Source: Puccinia triticina
Taxonomy: Eukaryota
Length of the DNA stretch: 64,000 nt
NCBI GenBank assembly: GCA_026914245.1
Contig: CP110440.1
Span: 4,340,001 to 4,404,000, forward strand
Direction: 5' to 3'
The position numbers were made by a program, and so were the translations under genes. Below, piece by piece: positions 12,875-26,396 of this stretch (position 1 is its first letter; each line of letters begins with the position of its first letter). A model generated the notes under the pieces. The model ran no database searches. It was given only the letters and a program-made list of their open reading frames with translations, and was not told the origin of the DNA.

Positions 12875-14028
12875 ACTGATGGTGAGGGTTTGAAGTTTTG
12901 AAAAGTAGGAACACAGAATATGTAATTTTTGGTTAATGTAAACTTTGTAAAGCAGCGAACCAAGAGTGTCTTTTATGTATGAGCAACTCTAAAAGTGTAA
13001 GCGCAGGCGAAAGTGAGATTTTAGAAGCGGCGAAAGAGGAGTCCAAGGGGCATTTAACTACTAATATGAAAGTTTTGAAGCTGGGGGTTTGGAGGGGAGA
13101 GACGGCCAGGAAGGTCAGGTTTTATGCTAAATTCTGATCATATTGGCCGAAGCAACAGTGCCGTTGGACTCCAGCTAGGAGCCTACGAACTGCGTTGTCC
13201 AATACCACATTATGTAAACAGGTTACCTGAATTGTTTCTCATTGTTCGGTCGCAAACTTGCCACAAGTCTCTTCCGTCTCCGAAGGAGAGGCTAGTTAAG
13301 CTCGTTATCCTCGGTACCCGCTGGGTTGGTGACCATTGCCGGGGTCGCCAGGTGTGGAATGCTCGGATGACCTCCCTTCGAATCTGCAGCTGTTTTGTGT
13401 CCAGCTGCAAAATCAAAAAAAAATTGCAAGGTGCTAGAGGCTGTAGATCTGGTTCTGCAGGGTCTGTATATCCAGTAAAGGACTGCCCGTCGTCTAAAAT
13501 TGTTCGTTTTAAAGGAAGGGCTAAACCTTACCGGCTGACGAAAATTGAGGGTGATTGGTTTTTCATCAGCCAAAAGTGTTCAGAGCCTGTCTAATTCAGG
13601 CCATTTGGTCCCCGCAACTTTACTTCGACTTTCTGGTTGTTATCCGACCGAAATCGATCACCGAGGTTGGGACTCGGTCGATCGGGAAGGCCAACGGGGA
13701 CAGTAACAAGCTCACTTCGCCGAGGGTATCCCTCCCGGTCGACAGGCTATAGGGATCTCCCTTGGTCAACAAGGTTGCCTAACCTCGTCGGTTGGGAGGG
13801 ATTCCTCCAGGTCACCAGGAGGCATCAGCCTCCTTGACCGCCGGAGATTACTCCCAGTCAGTCAGGTTTCCTTCTACTTCGAGCTGACTAATAGAGCCAA
13901 TGATATATTCGAAGCGGTCTGTGAAAGCATGGGCCATAACTTCGGCATCTCAAGTGCCTCAATGATCTTGTGTTTGAGGGACATGGGTGGCATTGCATGA
14001 AGGGAGCGGGTGAGGGAGGATTGGACAA

Positions 14029-14617
14029 TTAAGCTTCTCGCAACTCAGCCAGACGACGAACGGTACTGCGAGTGGGCGAGCAAGGAGAAAAAAAGATGAG
14101 TTTGACCGTCGAGACAGCATGCAACGGAGAAGCTGTCGGTAGGGTACGGACCTCCTGACAGTGGCAGCAGCCGTTGTCGAGACAGTCCAGGCACCACCAG
14201 CAATGACCTTGCGGCAGGATCGGCAGTCCCAGATACCGACGGCAGATCGTTTGACCGTGTCCTGGGATCATCGAGAAGGAAGGTGTGAGAACGGTATCAT
14301 TGGATACAATGCTTGGATGGTCAGCTGACCTTGCCACAGAAAGTACACGTGTAACGGGCGTGTTGGGTCACTTCCATCTTCTTGATTTGTTTACGGAGAG
14401 AGGCACCATATCTCTACAAGTGGATGAATTTGATTTTATCAGTGAATCGTTGGTCGAGGGCCAGGTAAGAGAGGCAATGAGGACCCGAACCAACCGTTCC
14501 GTATTTACCGGTAACTCCAACTTTTTTTGTTCGTTTGGTCTGTTGGGAGAAGAATGATCATTCGTGAGGTTTGCTTGCGATTAGGCGAGGGTGGGGAGGA
14601 GGGCATGGACTGACCAT
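14029..14617 (-). CDS. RPL43: 60S ribosomal protein eL43 (L37a/L43)
   Basis: Spliced translation [69 protein letters not shown]...[10 protein letters not shown]4 zinc finger; ATG directly followed by an intron. Confidence 0.96.
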
Positions 14618-14891
14618 TTTGAAGTGTTGCTGGTGATGGGGATGGGCCGGCGTAAAGAGGGTGGACCGGAAGGTTCGTACAACGGGCAGTTGATTCGCCG
14701 GGGTGCTCGCCCGGTTAGGGTAACAGCATCCAACGGATAATGTGCATACATGCGCAGTCTCACCAGCAAGTCATGCTGCGGGTAGAGGGGGCCTGTGTTC
14801 CGTACCGCGGGGGCTTGAGTCATCCCTCCAACTGCTCAGTGCGCAATGCTCATGCTCTCATCACTCAAGCCGGCGGACAACAACCTCAACC
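14618..14891. promoter_or_regulatory. probable bidirectional promoter between RPL43 and the SKI7-like gene
   Basis: Only 274 bp between divergent ATGs; contains GGTTAGGGTAA (telobox/Tbf1-like) near 14712. Confidence 0.5.
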
Positions 14892-15361
14892 ATGAGCTCC
14901 GAGAAACCCAAGAAACCTCTTTCGAAACTCCAGCGACGCATCCAGGCCGGACTGGCCGGTGCTAGTTCCACATCCGCCTCCTCGATACAACCAAAAACAA
15001 CAACCACAGGCGAATCAGGACCGATGGAAATTGTCGAGACAACTCTTCGTGCGGGAGTCGATTCACCATCATCATTAGCTCGAGATTTCTCATTCTTACC
15101 CACCCCTCCGAGCCTCTTTGCACCGCCCTCAAAGTTTGCCAACGCCCTCCCCCGTCCAGATCGACAATCAAACCAGTCTTTCTTCTCTTTGCCTAAGGAT
15201 CTCTTTCTTCAACCTTGTCTACCCAACGCTTTTGACGGCCCAAGTCCGGATGATGAAGTCTTGATTGCGCGTCAAGGAAGCTCGCTCGGTACATCCATTC
15301 GAAGATCGTAATTCCAGACTCAGAACATCACGCCCGTCTCGTTGTAGCCCGCATGATCTAG
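14892..15361 (+). CDS. short SKI7/HBS1L-short-isoform-like exosome adaptor lacking the GTPase domain
   Basis: Motifs KPLSKLQRR, LFAPPSKFANAL and AFDGPSPDDEVLIARQG in the order recalled for Ski7-type proteins; probable terminal intron ~15288-15347 (unspliced stop at 15311). Confidence 0.65.
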
Positions 15362-17075
15362 AACCGTCGCAGCTCAATTCTTAATTACCGGTTTTGCAAT
15401 CCTACCATCTCGAAAACGCAATCCAACCCTAACCACTGCACATGTCATCGCGCATTTAACACCACGTCCTCCTGCTCTGATGTACTGGCTACCGTTGGAA
15501 CAAGTCCACTACACCGCTCACGCACCAGAACGTCAACTGAGGCTTTGCAAACCTAACCTTCTGATGGTTCGATCACGGTCGATTTCTTTTTTCGGGAGTC
15601 ACTCTTACTCCTTTTTTATTTGTAGTAGTTGTAAAAAGCTTTTCTCATTTATTTTTGTTGTATAAGACATACGTTACAAATCATGCAAATGGGAAAAGTG
15701 TCTTTATCTGTGTTGTTGAGGCAGTATGACACGTACTAATCACTGCAGGTCATCAGAAATGAATTATTATGCGTTCCATTGTCAATTTATGGCTCTGATG
15801 GGTCAGCTTACGTAGCGAAACCGCTTAAGGAACCGAACGAGTCACACAGAAGTAAACTCGAATGCCAAGCGTAATCATCTGCTTCGTCTCGACGATCGAA
15901 TTCGGGAGAGCAGAGGCGAGACGATGAATCAAGGGCGCCAATCAAATAGAGGGTATTTCAAGTCGACCAACTTTGGCGACAGTCCGGCACTGAGCTTGCC
16001 ATTGGTCTTAGAGATCACGGATGAGGATCCAATGCCAAGGTATTGTCGTAAGCAGATCAATATGGGCTGGTTGGAGCCCGGGTAATTAGCAATATGTCTT
16101 GAGGCGGATGAGCTAACGAGACTTGTTTTGGATATCAAAACAGATGTATGTGATAACGTCTACTCGCTCGAACCTGGTCGGAGGGCGAATTAAGAATGTC
16201 GCCAACGTTGTTCCAGAGGCAAAGAACCACTGCAGTGCCTCTCCTGGCATGAGCCGAATCCGGATCAACATCCACCTCGCTCGAACGTAATTTTCCTTTC
16301 CTGTAGGTCTTAAGCCAGATGACCAAGCATTTGTGGTTTGTGTGGCACGCTGTAATTCAGCCAGCCGGGCCGATTTCCACGAGTCGATCAGATGGGCCTG
16401 GTATCTTGATCCAGTTCCAGCTCGTCAATGGCCGTTTGGTCAAATAGTTTGTCGATTAACTCTTGGAGCGGGGTTCCGGTGGAGTAGTAGCTTCGGGAGA
16501 CTCTGGCTCAGCGGACAACTGCGGTAGGATGCCCCGCGCGCGGTTTGGGACGGTCTAGAAGGTGGATTCGATCATCAATGCGAGGTAATGCAGATTGTGT
16601 GTTTTGTGTCGTTGTTAAATCGACTCGATTTGCAAGTGATAAAGCGAGGCAGGAAGACCCATTGACCTTGAGGCATCGTTGCTGAAGATCAGTCCAAAAA
16701 ATAGTGTGATGATCAGGTTTCGTTCCAAGCCAGTTGAGGAGCATCATCAATACATAGAGATGACTCACAACTCGGTGTCTTCTGAATATCTGAGGGCAGT
16801 TAGTCGCGTGGAGTTGATGCTTTCGAAAGGATACGAAGTCGAACTGGTGGTTCACTCCCCAACCTCAACAAGGGACCCCCTTCTGGGTCAGGAGGAGGGC
16901 TCAGGGTGGACTGACGAGATTTTGAATATTCACTTTGAGCCCAGCGGACCTTTTGGATCCAGCCTTCAACTCCGGAGCATTGTCACTCGAACTTACTCCC
17001 GGCACATCTCCATCTTCAAACGGCAATAGGCTATCGCATCTCACTCGTACTGTCGATCGGGGACCGCATAACAAG

Positions 17076-18536
17076 ATGCAGTCGGATGATATGGTATGGT
17101 CGATCATGTAAGTCGCTGGCACTCTCTTCACTCAGGTGGCACAACTACAATAGCTGACAAATCAATGGGCTTTTTTCTTCTTTCTTTCTGATTTTCATTT
17201 GCAAATAAAAATGAAAATAGAAATCATCAGTTCTGCTCTTACAAAATCAAAGCAGCTCCAGGAGGTGGCCACTCTCACAACAAGGCGGTCGGACAGAATT
17301 TCTGTAAAAACGAATATAATGCTACCGGTCTTTGCAATAAAGCCAGTTGTCCATTGGCTAACTCTCGATATGCAACCGTTAGAGAAATCGGTGGTAAGCT
17401 CGCAGCTCTGGCCATCGTCTGGGATAAAAGGAGAAATCCCATTTTGAATTAAAACCTTTTCTATCTATATAGGTATCGTATATCTGTTTCAAAAGACTGT
17501 TGAGCGTGCACACTCGCCCGCGAATCTCTGGGAAAAAACACGACTATCGACTAATTACGCCAAGGCACTTGAACAAGTTGAGTAGGACTTGTCAATAGAT
17601 TGCGATCGTCAATCTTTCTAGGACACATTCTGATCCTGCTTGCATCTTCTGGGCAATTGAACATCGATCTAGATCGATAGCTCTCTAATCTACTGGCCTG
17701 ATTACATGATTCACCGGTGTAAACAGCGATTGACAAAGATTACTCAATATCTGATCAAGATTCGAAGACTAAAGAACAAAGAACTGTCCGTGCATATGCT
17801 TTCTGACCTCCCCAATTCATTGAATCGTGTATTTTCCCTAGCTAATCTCCAACCATGCAACTTCCTAGGCCTCAATTGGTTGCGATCAAGTCGAAAACCG
17901 AGCGGCGTGAACGGGCCCGAGAAGCTAAAGCCTTATCAGCCGCCCGATTAACCAAAACGCTCGAAAAGGAGTTGATCGGTCGATTAAAATCCAAAACTTA
18001 TGGTGACGCACCTCTGAACGTCAATGAGGACGTCTGGAGATCGGTCCTGGAAGGCGAAAAACGGAAAGAACTGGAACAAGAGAACGAGTTGGAACTGGAG
18101 GATGAGGAAACTGATGAAGAGAGTGATGACGAAGAAGAGGAGGAAGAGCGGGAGTTTGTGAGCGATTTAGAGGAAAGTGATCTGGAAGATATGGAGGACT
18201 GGGATGGGGTAAGGCGGTTATTTCTACAGTTCTTCATCTATGTAACTATCCTGATGTCGTTTTTTGTATTGATGTTTCCAGCTAAGTGACGATGATGACG
18301 AGGAAGAGGCGGACAGTGCAGACAGTGACGCGTCCGATGATGACGCTGAGGGTCTTGATCTCAATATCGACAAGGGATCATCATCCAAGAGAAAGGCTAA
18401 CCAACAACCAAGCCAACCCGCCCAGAAGAAAATCAGGCCAACCAACCCACAAGATCCCAAGACAAAGAAGAAAAGAAAGCCGCGTATGGAGATCGAATAC
18501 GAAGAAGAACAGGAATGGTTGGGTACACAGGTCTAG
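17076..18536 (+). CDS. MAK16: Mak16, 60S ribosome biogenesis factor
   Basis: [84 protein letters not shown], acidic tail ending EIEYEEE; multi-intron. Confidence 0.95.
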
Positions 18537-20250
18537 AGTCCTTGGATTACCACTTGAGGCTTCGGTTTTTCTGGATGTCTTTCCTTTTTTCCCCTCAGTA
18601 CAATTTGGACTTGTCATCGCGCACTATTATCCTTCTAAGCTTCAGCACAAAAAACAGCATCTAAATGCGTAATAAAATCATTTGATCCTATGCATTTAAG
18701 AAATGCCTACAGCAGCTCATTCCCATCCTTAGGTTCAGATATCATACGCTAGCCTATTTTACTGATAGCGTGTGAAGCCCCCAACGGATTACAGGATTAT
18801 GTGATCACCCCAAGCATGTTCAAGTACAAAGATTTGACTCCTCCCTCTCCTCCCGCTTCTTCCTAGTCCGGCAGAGAGTTTTCCCTCTCTCCGGTCTAGC
18901 CTGATGAAATAAAAGCTAGGCTTGTCCCCCTCGCCCGTTTCCTCCTTGTCTCCAGTGAGAGCCCACCGGAGCCTTACATAGCGCAGCAGGCCCACTATTA
19001 CTACATGGTCATGATGCTTGGTTTGTAACAAATTCATTGTCATCATTGAATTCTGCTCAATGTTAGTCTTGTGCCACATCATACGTCTCAGCTCAAGACA
19101 CTGGTCCCTTTTGCATATCTTGTTGATAGACTAGAACTGGACACAAAGGTTTGTGCCTGCCCTCGGCAGGGAAACCTTGGAGGATTAAACAGAACAGTTC
19201 ACATTTGAGGGTGTGTGTTGCTGGTTTGCCTACTGCCACGGCTGTGAGCCCCGCGGAACATTATGATCTTTTCTTTAGAGTCTGCCTCCGCCTAGTCCTG
19301 GAGGTTTCAGTTCATTGCTCCCAATTCCCTCAGTCTCTGATTCCTCACTCCAAAGGATCTTAAAGTAAAGACTGTGGTATACTATCACTTGTCAAGTGCC
19401 AACACACATTTGTTCTTGCTGGGACAGAATTTGGAGAAACTTGTATTGAAAGGAAAGAAGCTACTTATAAATTGAGCCATGGAGGATCGGTTCCAGTGTG
19501 GAACTACTGAACAAACGGAAAATAGCTGGGAGGGGAAACAGACAACTACACTAGTAATAATGTATGTTGAGGCTAAGGGTGCTGTTGAGGCTGCCCTCCT
19601 GACTACTTCTGGAGTTGGAAGAGAGTTAACCTAAGAACAAGAAGAAAGAGAGGTGTGGATTGGGTGCTACTGATCCTTAGTGATTTCTAGGACAGGGGGT
19701 TTATCAAATGTCTAGTTGGAATACCACAAGATGGGGAAGGGGTGTATGAGAAGCTCATCAGCAAAATATGCAAAGGGTGAGAGGTTTAGGAGCAAAGTAT
19801 GCAGCTATGAGCTTGAGATAGTTCGTGTACAACTGTTGAGTCAAGGTGGACCAAGCAAGAGAGGGGGGTAATTATCTGAAGTTCAATGTATCTTTAATTT
19901 TTAATTTATGCAATCAAATGTATCTGTAATCTGATTTAAGGTAAGAGCAAAATATGCAAGTGATGAGGGGAGATAGTGCAAAATATGCAAGTGATGAGAG
20001 CTTTAACCTGGAATTTCATGAGGGGAAATACAAATGGGAGGAACAGAGGTCCTTACATATCATGATGAGCACAGACAAAGAGTGTCCTGGCTATGGGAAG
20101 ATGAAAGTACCACATTGGGAAGAGGTATGAACATATTGAAAGGTTACAAAGGTGAGTACTAACAAAAAGAGAGAATGTACTAATCCAAAAGAGTTTGTAT
20201 GAATGTATGATGTAACCACTGAAAGAGAAAATGGTATGCAGTATGTGCTA

Positions 20251-20769
20251 CAGTGACCCCGCCATGTAAGCATACACGTTGTAAGCATAATTCACTGTAA
20301 GCATAGGATTTCCATCCACCATTTTTGGTTACCACAAATTTGATGCTTTTTATGCATAATGCATAATGCATAAAAAATTGGGGGGAGAAAACAAAAAAAT
20401 GCTTATATAGGACTGGGAAAAGAGGCCGAGGGGCCATAGATACTGCTGTTCTCCATCTCTGAAACCATGAGAATCTCCAAACTACAGCTCTTCAACCTCA
20501 AAAATGTTCTTTCTTGAAATGCCTGTGTGCAAGATAGTAATGGAAATACATACATATAAATATAAGCATACATGCGCAAATTGGCTATGGCAACCCACTC
20601 CTGGTGGTTGCCAATGTAAGCATAAACTGCCGTGGAAATTCACAATGCTTATATAGGCCAGTCCTATATAAGCATACATTGATTTATGCTTACTTCGCTA
20701 AGAAGCATACCTCTATGTAAGCATAGGATTTGTGTCCACCATCCTTATGCTTACATGGCGAGGTCACTG
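20251..20769. mobile_element. Tc1/mariner-type MITE
   Basis: TIR CAGTGACC(C/T)CGCCATGTAAGCATA at both ends, TA on both flanks, internal AAGCATA repeats. Confidence 0.88.
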
Positions 20770-22185
20770 TATGTATTATGGAGTATGTTTTTTATGACTA
20801 TAGGGATTTTACTATGTTTATGCCCATGTCTGGAATTTGAAAGCTTATAACTATGAAATCATTAAGAATTTGAGGGTGGTGTGAGTGAGTGACTGGGGGT
20901 CAAATATTATGGAGAGTTTGATTCTGAAAAAATACTGAGGAAATGTGAATGGTTTGTATCTAATCTGAGTATTATGAGGATTTGTAATGGTTGAGAAAGA
21001 GAAAGACAAATATCCCTGAAGAATTAGTATGCAGCACCACACCAATGAGAAACTTGAGATACCTGTCAGATCCATGAAAAAAGACAGATGTGTCACTATT
21101 TTTGAGCTGCAGGAAGTGTATGTACTTGACCATTTCAGGATACCTGGCAGAGTGCCTCACAGGTTGAATTCTGATGCTGATTTCTTGCTGAAGGAGGGTT
21201 TTAAGCCCCAAAATTGTGTGAGATTGTAGGCTGAGTGTAGACCTTCATCATTGTCTCTGCAGTGCCAATTTATGGTAGAATTATATTTTTCTCTGCAAAA
21301 TCTGACAAACTTGACATACCAAAAAAAATCCCCTTCTTCATAATTCCCTCCTTTGGGGTCAGGTGCCTCATGCCCAGGAGAGACTTATTTAAGTTTGGTC
21401 TGGGACTCACAAGTGAAAACCTTATATGCTCTGCTCATTGGAAGTTTTTGTGTTGCTGAAACATTTCAAATTTGAACCCCCTGCCTACTTATTGATTCTT
21501 AATGGTTGGACAGTGGAAACTCAGCACAGATATCTAGAAATTCTTCATAAAAAATCCCCTTGCTTGCGCATAGGATAACTCTTTGCGCTTGGGAGAGAAA
21601 TTTACATTGGCACAAGGGGATTTTGGTTATGCCAACATTGCAACCCTCATCGCCTGTATCTACACCCCAAGGGGATCTAATTTATATTTCATAATCACTT
21701 GGTGGCCAGCAAGGTGGCCTTTTCAAGGTGTGCCACACAAGCCTTGACCCCTGGGGGAGAGACTTACATCCAAGTGGCAGTGTTTTGCAGGGAAGGATCT
21801 TGGGGTTTTGGTGTAAACCAACTTCATGCAATTCCCCAGGGAAAATACTTCTGGTAGCTCAATCAAGACATATTTTGAGTCCATTAATCTTGAGCTTCTT
21901 TGCTTTGGCTACATCTACGTTTATTGATTGGGTTCCACTCTCTTTGCATGAAAAACAAAAATGAAAACAATCAAGAAGCTGAACACTGCCAGAGAATTAT
22001 AATTTAGAGAATCTCCCAAAAATGAAAAAATAACAGAGTGATCAATGCAGCCATAATCAAGCAGATCTTCTCCCTTAAAAATGGTTAGGGGGCATTGTGA
22101 GGGATGAAATTTAAAATGAAGAAAAAGAGAAAAATACTCATAAAACTCATATCCTCAAATGCAGTAAATTTCTCTTTCTGGCAAG

Positions 22186-22562
22186 TAGAAATGGTCTTGT
22201 GGTACCCAGCACTAGCTGGCCGTTACTTCTTGGCGCACAATGGTACCCACTAGCTGGTTCTGGGTGCAGCACCTGGTGCCTGTGTTTGGCCAAAATTCCA
22301 CCCGGCACACTGGTACTGCTGCGGGTACCACTCAGAAAACCCTCAAGCTCCCCTATAGGGGGGTTGGCTCTCACTAATATGATTGGATAGCAGCCAACCA
22401 AAGACCCAATATGCAGACATTAAATTTTTGGCAGTACCACCAGTACCCGGAAAAAGTAGCTCCAGTACCTGCTCAGAGGGGCTGGGTGTGGTACCCAGTT
22501 CCTTTTTTTGGCCAAATTTTAACCTGGTACCCGGGTCCCAGACTCCCACAGGGCCATCTCTA
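22186..22562. mobile_element. hAT-type MITE
   Basis: Imperfect TIR TAGA(A/G)ATGG..TGTGG, 8-bp TSD CTGGCAAG/TTGGCAAG (7/8), many GGTACC subterminal motifs. Confidence 0.72.
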
Positions 22563-23182
22563 TTGGCAAGTGCTTGAAAGGCTTTGTCAAGCTGGAAAGG
22601 GCAGGCAAGTGACAAAATCAAAAATCCACATTCAAAATATAAAGGTTAAAAAAGATCCTAGCAGTCTGCATTCATTATTTATTAATCTTTGCAGTGAATC
22701 AATGAAACAATTGATAATTCAACAACAGAGCTGATTCACCATGAAACAACTGAGGGGACTATGAGGCAGGTGACATGAAGCTAACTCCAGCCTTTGCTCC
22801 AACCATACACTTGATGGCCATTGGTAGAAACCCCTGATGATGAAAAAGGAGTCCTTTTTATTTTCAAGGGGAATAATGTTGGAGTCACCACTGGAATTTC
22901 AATACATGTTACTGAATGTCACTTGACACCTATTCACATTTTTTTTTTTTTCATGGTGATTGGAGCCAATGCTCCAGATGAACCTTGGTTTGAAGGGTTG
23001 CAATATCAGCATGATCAAGTCCCTGTTTGAAAAGAGTTATATCTTGCGCCCACAAAGAGCTTTATCTTGTGCCCAATATCAAGGCCTCAAAAATAGAGGT
23101 TAAAGAAGGTAAGATTTTCAGTCATGTTTTTTTAGGCGTATCAATGAAACAATTGGGATTTTAACACAATAAATGGATCTGG

Positions 23183-24298
23183 CTAATGTCCTCGGTTAAT
23201 ATTGTTTCGAAATAGCGCAAAAGCTTTCAAGAGTTTATCGATGGCTAGAGAGAGCTCCTTGTCCCAAATATACAACCAGTTCACGAGGTGTACTTGGTCA
23301 GAGGGGCCGTTGAGAAGAATCAGATAGCGGACCACGTAACACAAGGCAGATCCGAAATCGGCTTTGAGATTGTTGACTATTCGATTAAAATCGCCCCAAT
23401 GTAGAGGCGCTGGCGCGTCACTTGATTCTAAATAAGGCTTCAAATAAACCAGCAACTCCTTGAGTTGCGGTTCGGCAGAGAGGGGCGAGAAAGCTAGGCG
23501 TTCAGCGGAGCACATCTTTTCAAACAGGAGCCACTTTGTATTCAATCCTAATTTCAGTAACTTTCTGAAAAAAAGCCTCGCAAGTTTTATGACTGGGATG
23601 AGTGTTTCAGCTAGATTGATGACGGGTGCTCTGAGGGGATGTGTCCTTTCGTGTCGGCCTTGGGTCGATGGATCGTATAAGCTCAAGAGCTCTTCCAGTG
23701 TGTTATCAATACGCCCGATGTGAGATAGCCAACGAGATTGAACTAGGTCAATTGCGGAACCTTTCAGCATGTCAACGATTGAATCAAGGGTCTTCAAGGC
23801 AGCAGATGTGGAATTTACGGCATCAAGCTTGGCCGAATCTATTTGTTTTCTAGCATCGCGATCTCCGGCTAGGTACATCAGATTTTGGGTGTAGTCACAG
23901 CACCTATCACAGGCGGTGCAGGCGTTGTGTAGAAATTTAAAAAGGTTTCGCAGTCGGAATTTCATGACCCGGATGTTGGTGGATTTGAGTGTGACGGTTT
24001 GTTGGTTATTAACTTCTAGCGGTAAGTATTGTTGTTCATTTGGACAACCCGTCAAACTTGTACATCTGAGTTGTAACTGCAACGAAGCTTCAATCAAAAC
24101 TGATTTAATCTCTTTCACGAGCTTGAGCACTGGTTGAGGTTCTTGCAGCAAGTCGGATAGCTTGATCAGTTGGTTTCGTATTTCTGGCAAAAGAGTCGAT
24201 TGCAGTTGAAGTGAAAGACCTTTCGTCGAGGGGCCTAGTTCGACTGAGAGACTAGCTCCTGCTGCAGGCGCGTGTCGAAGGGCCTGTCTCTGGTTCAT
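23183..24298 (-). CDS. hypothetical protein, rust-type expanded helical family
   Basis: 371-aa single ORF, LLPEIRNQL and IPVIKLARLFFRKL motifs; tandem paralogue at 25269-26396. Confidence 0.75.
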   Translation of the reverse strand: MNQRQALRHAPAAGASLSVELGPSTKGLSLQLQSTLLPEIRNQLIKLSDLLQEPQPVLKLVKEIKSVLIEASLQLQLRCTSLTGCPNEQQYLPLEVNNQQTVTLKSTNIRVMKFRLRNLFKFLHNACTACDRCCDYTQNLMYLAGDRDARKQIDSAKLDAVNSTSAALKTLDSIVDMLKGSAIDLVQSRWLSHIGRIDNTLEELLSLYDPSTQGRHERTHPLRAPVINLAETLIPVIKLARLFFRKLLKLGLNTKWLLFEKMCSAERLAFSPLSAEPQLKELLVYLKPYLESSDAPAPLHWGDFNRIVNNLKADFGSALCYVVRYLILLNGPSDQVHLVNWLYIWDKELSLAIDKLLKAFALFRNNINRGH

Positions 24299-25268
24299 CT
24301 TGGCTAATCAGAAGAAACCCAAGTGGCATTCTATTCAAGTTGAGAAGTAGATTAAGAATCAAGAGCGGAAATAGGAGTAAGAGATAGTTAGCAAGATGGC
24401 TTACTGCGAGTCCAAACCTCAAACTGGTATCTTTAATGAGCGCGATCAGGATCGTTGTCAGGGTTTTCAGGTAATGAGACCTATATATCATAAGGAGAAT
24501 TAATGGTGAGAGAAGAAATTTCTGCAGCTCTTTGTTAAACCAACCTTAGGCTACTTCGAGAGGAATGAGCTAGAGCCGCTGAAGGTATGCGAATTACATT
24601 CGAGGGCGATTATCTCGGTAAAGAATATTTATTTCGTCTTCTTTATCGGAGGAGGGGGGATTTGTTCGTACAGGAGTGTGCTTTGAAGAATTCGGAGACG
24701 CATCTGCAGGACGATCCTGCAGGCCAGGATCCTCACTCAAAGGCCTCGATTTGGTCACCCAAGTCACAACAATTTGCACGCTCTCACAGCCAGTGGTTGC
24801 CAGTAGCTATTATGACGTCACCAACAGTTACAGCCTCCAGCGCTGTGGCTTTGCGATCAAGACAGTCAGCGGCTCAAGTTCAACAGTTGGCTCAATGTCG
24901 CAGCTTGGAGACGGCCTTTAGGGAAGGGGTAAACAACCACCATCCTATCATACTGCTAGCGAAGTTTGGAGGATCTCAAGGTTACAATATATCCCTTCTG
25001 ACTTTGCTGCGTGCGGGCCCAGGTCATTCATTCCAAGTTATCCAGTTTGATCAGCTCGAGCTCAATCGATTATACTAAAATTTGATGGCGCACGGGTGGT
25101 TTTAAATGAATATATTGCTAGTCAAGGGGCTACGTGAACGGGGCTATGGGTCATTTTTTTAAAAAACTATATAAAGTGAAGAAATATTTGCACGGTCACA
25201 TTTTTGGAATCAATCGAGTGGACTTTCAAGAAAAAGGATGGGTAATTGGAACTGATCCCCTGGATCAA

Positions 25269-26396
25269 TCATTCATTGAAAGAACTCAGAAAAGCCTCAG
25301 ATAGTTTATGGATGGCTGCAGAGAACTCCACGTTCCAAGTAATCAACCAGGTCATGAACTGTTTTTGAACTGAGAAGACCTTGTTGTCGGCCACCAGAGG
25401 AACAAGATGGAGTTGTATGAGGTGCAAGGAATCATCGAGAGCGGTTTTGAGATTGGCGACTGTTCCAATGAAATCGTGACGACCCGGATCCGTGTCACTT
25501 GGCTTCAAACAGGGCTCCAAAGAACCCAGCATTCTCTCGAGTTCGTATGTGGCATCAAGAGGTGAGTAAGCCAGGTGAATTGTTCAGCCGAGGACATCTC
25601 TGTAAACACCGGCCACTTTTTATCCATGCCCAGTTTCGGCAACTTCCTGAAAAAAAGGCGGACGAGTTTTATGATTGCGATGATTGTGTCAGCTAGATCA
25701 ACCGCTTGTATTCTGAGGGGATGCACTGGTTCGTGTTCGTCTTGGGATCTTGGATCAATCAAGCTCAAGAGCTTTTTGAGTGTTTCATCAATACGCCACG
25801 TGAAGAATCGCCAATTCAATTGAATCAAGTCAATTTCGGAATCTTTCATGAACATGTCAATGGTTGAATCAATCAACTCCAGGGCATCAGACGTGTGATC
25901 AAGCGCTTGTAACCGGAGCATATGCGTCGTGTCTTCGAAATCGCAATGTTCTTCTGGGTTCTTGAGATGTTCAGTAACCTCCGAGTACCTATCAAAGACG
26001 CCGTAGACTTGGTCTATGTAGGAAGGGGTGCTCGAGATGGTATTTAATGAGCTGGATTTGGTAGAATTTGAATTGTTTGAGGTCTTGGTGGTTTGTATCA
26101 AATTCTGGACATTCTTCTTCATCAACAAGGTTAGTAATTGCATCATGAAGTCGATCAAAAGTCTCATCAAGTAAATCTGATCGACTGTTGTCTATGAGCC
26201 TGGCCATTCTGTGAGGTTCTTTTAGCAAGTCGGAGAGCTTGAGCAGTTTAGAAAAATCAACCAGTCCCTTTCGTAGTTTGGGTAGTAAGCTGAAGTGTAG
26301 TTCAAGCATGAGGTCTACCGTCGAGCTGGCTTCTTCGATGGGGAGACTGTCTCCAGTAGTACTAGGCTCGTGTTGAGGTGTCTGTTCCTGGTTCAT
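25269..26396 (-). pseudogene. frameshifted tandem paralogue of 23183-24298
   Basis: Similarity (MNQ.Q start, LLPKLR, IIKLVRLFFRKL, WLITWNVEFS) spread over three overlapping ORFs, implying frameshifts near 26030 and 25540. Confidence 0.78.

Noticed and set aside
13100..14000. Possible degraded gene downstream of RPL43
   Set aside because: Stops in all frames tried and no recognisable motif
15850..17050. Coding-like region including ORF 16679-17029 with faint IF3-C-like pattern
   Set aside because: Could not assemble a consistent gene model on either strand; similarity too weak
18780..20200. Possible solo LTR or MITE fragments
   Set aside because: No matching termini or TSD found by eye
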